DNA of 22,605 nucleotides from a virus (Duplodnaviria; Heunggongvirae; Uroviricota; Caudoviricetes): IMG/VR virus record IMGVR_UViG_3300045988_025751, positions 1 to 22,605 of that record; one strand, 5' to 3'. Shown piece by piece: positions 21,081 to 22,605 of this stretch (position 1 is its first letter; each line of letters starts with the position of its first letter). The notes under the pieces were generated by a model. It saw only the letters and a program-made list of their open reading frames with translations, ran no database searches and was not told where the DNA came from. The position numbers and the translations under genes were made by a program.

Positions 21081-21125
21081 GGGTAAAAATCCGGTGGGTA
21101 AAATTATTTTATCCACTTTTTACCC
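21081..21125. repeat. cluster of GGGTAAAA / TTTTACCC 8-mers at the int start (two more copies at 21316-21335)
   Basis: GGGTAAAA at 21081-21088 and 21096-21103, inverted copy TTTTACCC at 21118-21125. Two further TTTTACCC copies at 21316-21323 and 21328-21335 near the 3' end of xis. Five copies within about 255 bp bracketing the xis-int intergenic region. Confidence 0.6.
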
Positions 21126-21329
21126 GTCATGGAGTGCGGCTGTCAACGATCTTACGCGAACCATGACGAACTGTGAATCTACGGAAGGCTTGATATTCAG
21201 GGGATTTTGCGGACTGGTACGGATGGTAGCGAACTGATAAATGGTGTCCCCTGCAGACATCTACTTGACGAGGCAGGGGATTGATTGGAATGGTGTTTTT
21301 TAGATGTGAAAAATATTTTACCCGCTATT

Positions 21330-21530
21330 TTACCCATTGGCGCGGCTTAAGAGCTTATTTTTGAATTCACAATGGTCACGATATAACCATCTTGCGCGTC
21401 CGTGGATAACTTTGGCTTTCGGCAGGTCGCCAGACTTAATCCGGTCGTAGATGAAGGTTTTACCAAAGCCAGTATCAGCCATGATGAATTTCAAATCAAC
21501 CAGTGAATCAGGCTGTAGTTCGTGTTGCAT
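21330..21530 (-). CDS. xis: AlpA-family excisionase / transcriptional regulator (66 aa)
   Basis: Small DNA-binding protein immediately upstream of int on the same strand. Segment GKTFIYDRIKSGDLPKAKVIHGRARWLYRD fits the AlpA/Vis helix-turn-helix family. GGAG ribosome-binding site upstream. Confidence 0.75.
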   Translation of the reverse strand: MQHELQPDSLVDLKFIMADTGFGKTFIYDRIKSGDLPKAKVIHGRARWLYRDHCEFKNKLLSRANG

Positions 21531-21575
21531 GAGTGCTATCTCCGAATAGGGAATCGAACCTGCAAATCAGGCAAT

Positions 21576-21596
21576 AAAAAACCGCATTGATGCGGC
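21576..21596 (-). terminator. rho-independent terminator on the - strand upstream of xis
   Basis: Minus-strand hairpin ccgca-tcaa-tgcgg followed by tttttt (on the + strand, an A-run then ccgcattgatgcgg). Confidence 0.5.
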
Positions 21597-21654
21597 GATG
21601 GTAGGTCTGGATATCTTGAGAAATGAACTGGCCTCATCGAGTGTGAGGCTGTGG

Positions 21655-21999
21655 TTAGTCCTTGCGTAACTCGCTAATTCTTCTGTAAGTCTCTGGTGCT
21701 TTGTTTCCGTGTATCTTCATTTCAGACTTCAACAGAGCAACGAGGGAATCCCATTCGTTGAGGATGCCTTTGAATGCCGGAACGCGCTTTGCAACCTTGT
21801 CGAATGAATCTCTGATTTCTGGAATCTGCTCAACAAGTGCAACGCATCGTCGGAAATCTGCTGCGTCATGTGGAGCGCCGAAGTGATGACCATAGATATT
21901 CTTTTTCAGTCCACATGCGATTGAGGCAAGAGTTGCGCTACTGATGCCGACATCGCCAGTCGATTGCCATTTCAAAACCTTCATAGCCAAATCTGACAT
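21655..21999 (-). CDS. hypothetical early-left protein (114 aa from the internal ATG)
   Basis: The ATG at 21999 has a GGAG ribosome-binding site. The track's longer ORF (to 22026) would run into the upstream terminator hairpin. No recognised motif. Confidence 0.55.
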   Translation of the reverse strand: MSDLAMKVLKWQSTGDVGISSATLASIACGLKKNIYGHHFGAPHDAADFRRCVALVEQIPEIRDSFDKVAKRVPAFKGILNEWDSLVALLKSEMKIHGNKAPETYRRISELRKD

Positions 22000-22013
22000 T
22001 TCTTGTCTCCAAT

Positions 22014-22033
22014 AAAAAACCGCCATCAGGCGG
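22014..22033 (-). terminator. rho-independent terminator on the - strand
   Basis: Minus-strand hairpin ccgcc-tgat-ggcgg followed by tttttt. Confidence 0.5.
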
Positions 22034-22099
22034 CTTGGTGTTCTTTCAGTTCTTCAATTCGAATATTGGTTACATTGTTTTCATATATGAATAAATAAA

Positions 22100-22279
22100 T
22101 TAGCTTTTTTCGTTGCCTTCGCGTTCTTTATTAATTTTAACAAACTCGTTTTTACCACGCTCTCCAAATGCGTCTTTAGAGTCGTTGTATCCGCAATCGC
22201 AGCACACATAATCACCAGACCATCCACGCATTGTTTTTTCTTTTGCAATATTTCCAGAACCGCATTTTGGACAAGACAT
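22100..22279 (-). CDS. small zinc-ribbon protein (59 aa from the internal ATG)
   Basis: Two CxxC pairs (CPKCG ... CCDCG). Perfect GGAGG ribosome-binding site 7 nt before the ATG at 22279. The longer track ORF starting at 22312 is less likely. Confidence 0.6.
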   Translation of the reverse strand: MSCPKCGSGNIAKEKTMRGWSGDYVCCDCGYNDSKDAFGERGKNEFVKINKEREGNEKS

Positions 22280-22375
22280 ATCACTACCTCCAAAGCATGA
22301 GTGAGATGACAACGTAACATTGATTGGAGATTAACAATAGATTGCTGATGTAAAAGATATGTATAAGCTTCGCTT

Positions 22376-22605
22376 TCAAAGTGGAGGCTCTGGTAGCGGC
22401 ATCCAGTGTGACGGCTCACATACCCCCTCAACACCGTTCATGTAAAAGAATTGAAATAACCCTTTACCTTTGTGAAACCCTACCATCATCTCTTTTGTGT
22501 CTGAACAATAAACCAAAACATCTTCTTCGTTTGGCATTCGCTCACTACAGCTTATCCAACCATCCGGAGTTACCGGAACTTGCGGAATGGCTGTCTGCTC
22601 TCGAA
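22376..22605 (-). CDS. 3' end of a DUF551-like phage protein (partial; 5' end outside the window)
   Basis: Minus-strand frame is open from the window edge to the stop at 22376-22378. C-terminus ...DGWISCSERMPNEEDVLVY...VCEPSHWMPLPEPPL resembles the W...ERLPE...HWMPLPEPP signature of DUF551 proteins common in lambdoid early regions. Absent from the ORF track because its start lies outside the window. Confidence 0.45.
   Translation of the reverse strand, partial: REQTAIPQVPVTPDGWISCSERMPNEEDVLVYCSDTKEMMVGFHKGKGLFQFFYMNGVEGVCEPSHWMPLPEPPL

Noticed and set aside
21545..21562. tRNA T-arm-like motif (minus-strand GGTTCGATTCC) upstream of xis, considered as a tRNA gene or tRNA-derived attP core
   Set aside because: Only two base pairs of the T-stem can form, and no acceptor stem, anticodon arm or CCA context is present. 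It is most likely a chance match lying in the xis ribosome-binding-site region.
22081..22434. 117-aa minus-strand ORF from the six-frame track
   Set aside because: It overlaps, out of frame, both the zinc-ribbon gene (strong GGAGG ribosome-binding site) and the DUF551-like C-terminus, and has no ribosome-binding site of its own.

Overview
This window reads as most of the virion-assembly half of a P22-like temperate podovirus (Lederbergvirus type, enterobacterial host), in the excised/phage gene order. All homology statements below come from reading the translations against remembered P22, Sf6 and HK620 proteins; no database search was run. On the + strand the late operon runs: two small ORFs, small terminase (gene 3), large terminase (2), portal (1), scaffold (8), coat (5), an extra ORF, then 4, 10, 26 (tail needle), 14, and ejection proteins 7, 20, 16. 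After that come a two-gene AT-rich cassette of exported proteins, a P22-type immI region (mnt, O-mnt, O-arc/Pant, arc, sar, ant), the tailspike, and then on the - strand a P4-type tyrosine integrase, an AlpA-like excisionase and the first early-left genes. The most noteworthy points are: (i) an HNH-AP2 homing-endonuclease gene inserted antisense and flush between scaffold and coat; (ii) the divergent secreted-protein/lipoprotein cassette sitting where P22 carries sieA, a candidate superinfection-exclusion or host-interaction module; (iii) an extra ORF with its own upstream terminator between coat and gene 4; (iv) mosaic joints in the tailspike and tail needle; (v) a P4/AlpA-type integration module with repeated GGGTAAAA motifs and a candidate attP. 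No CRISPR array, rRNA or convincing tRNA was seen.
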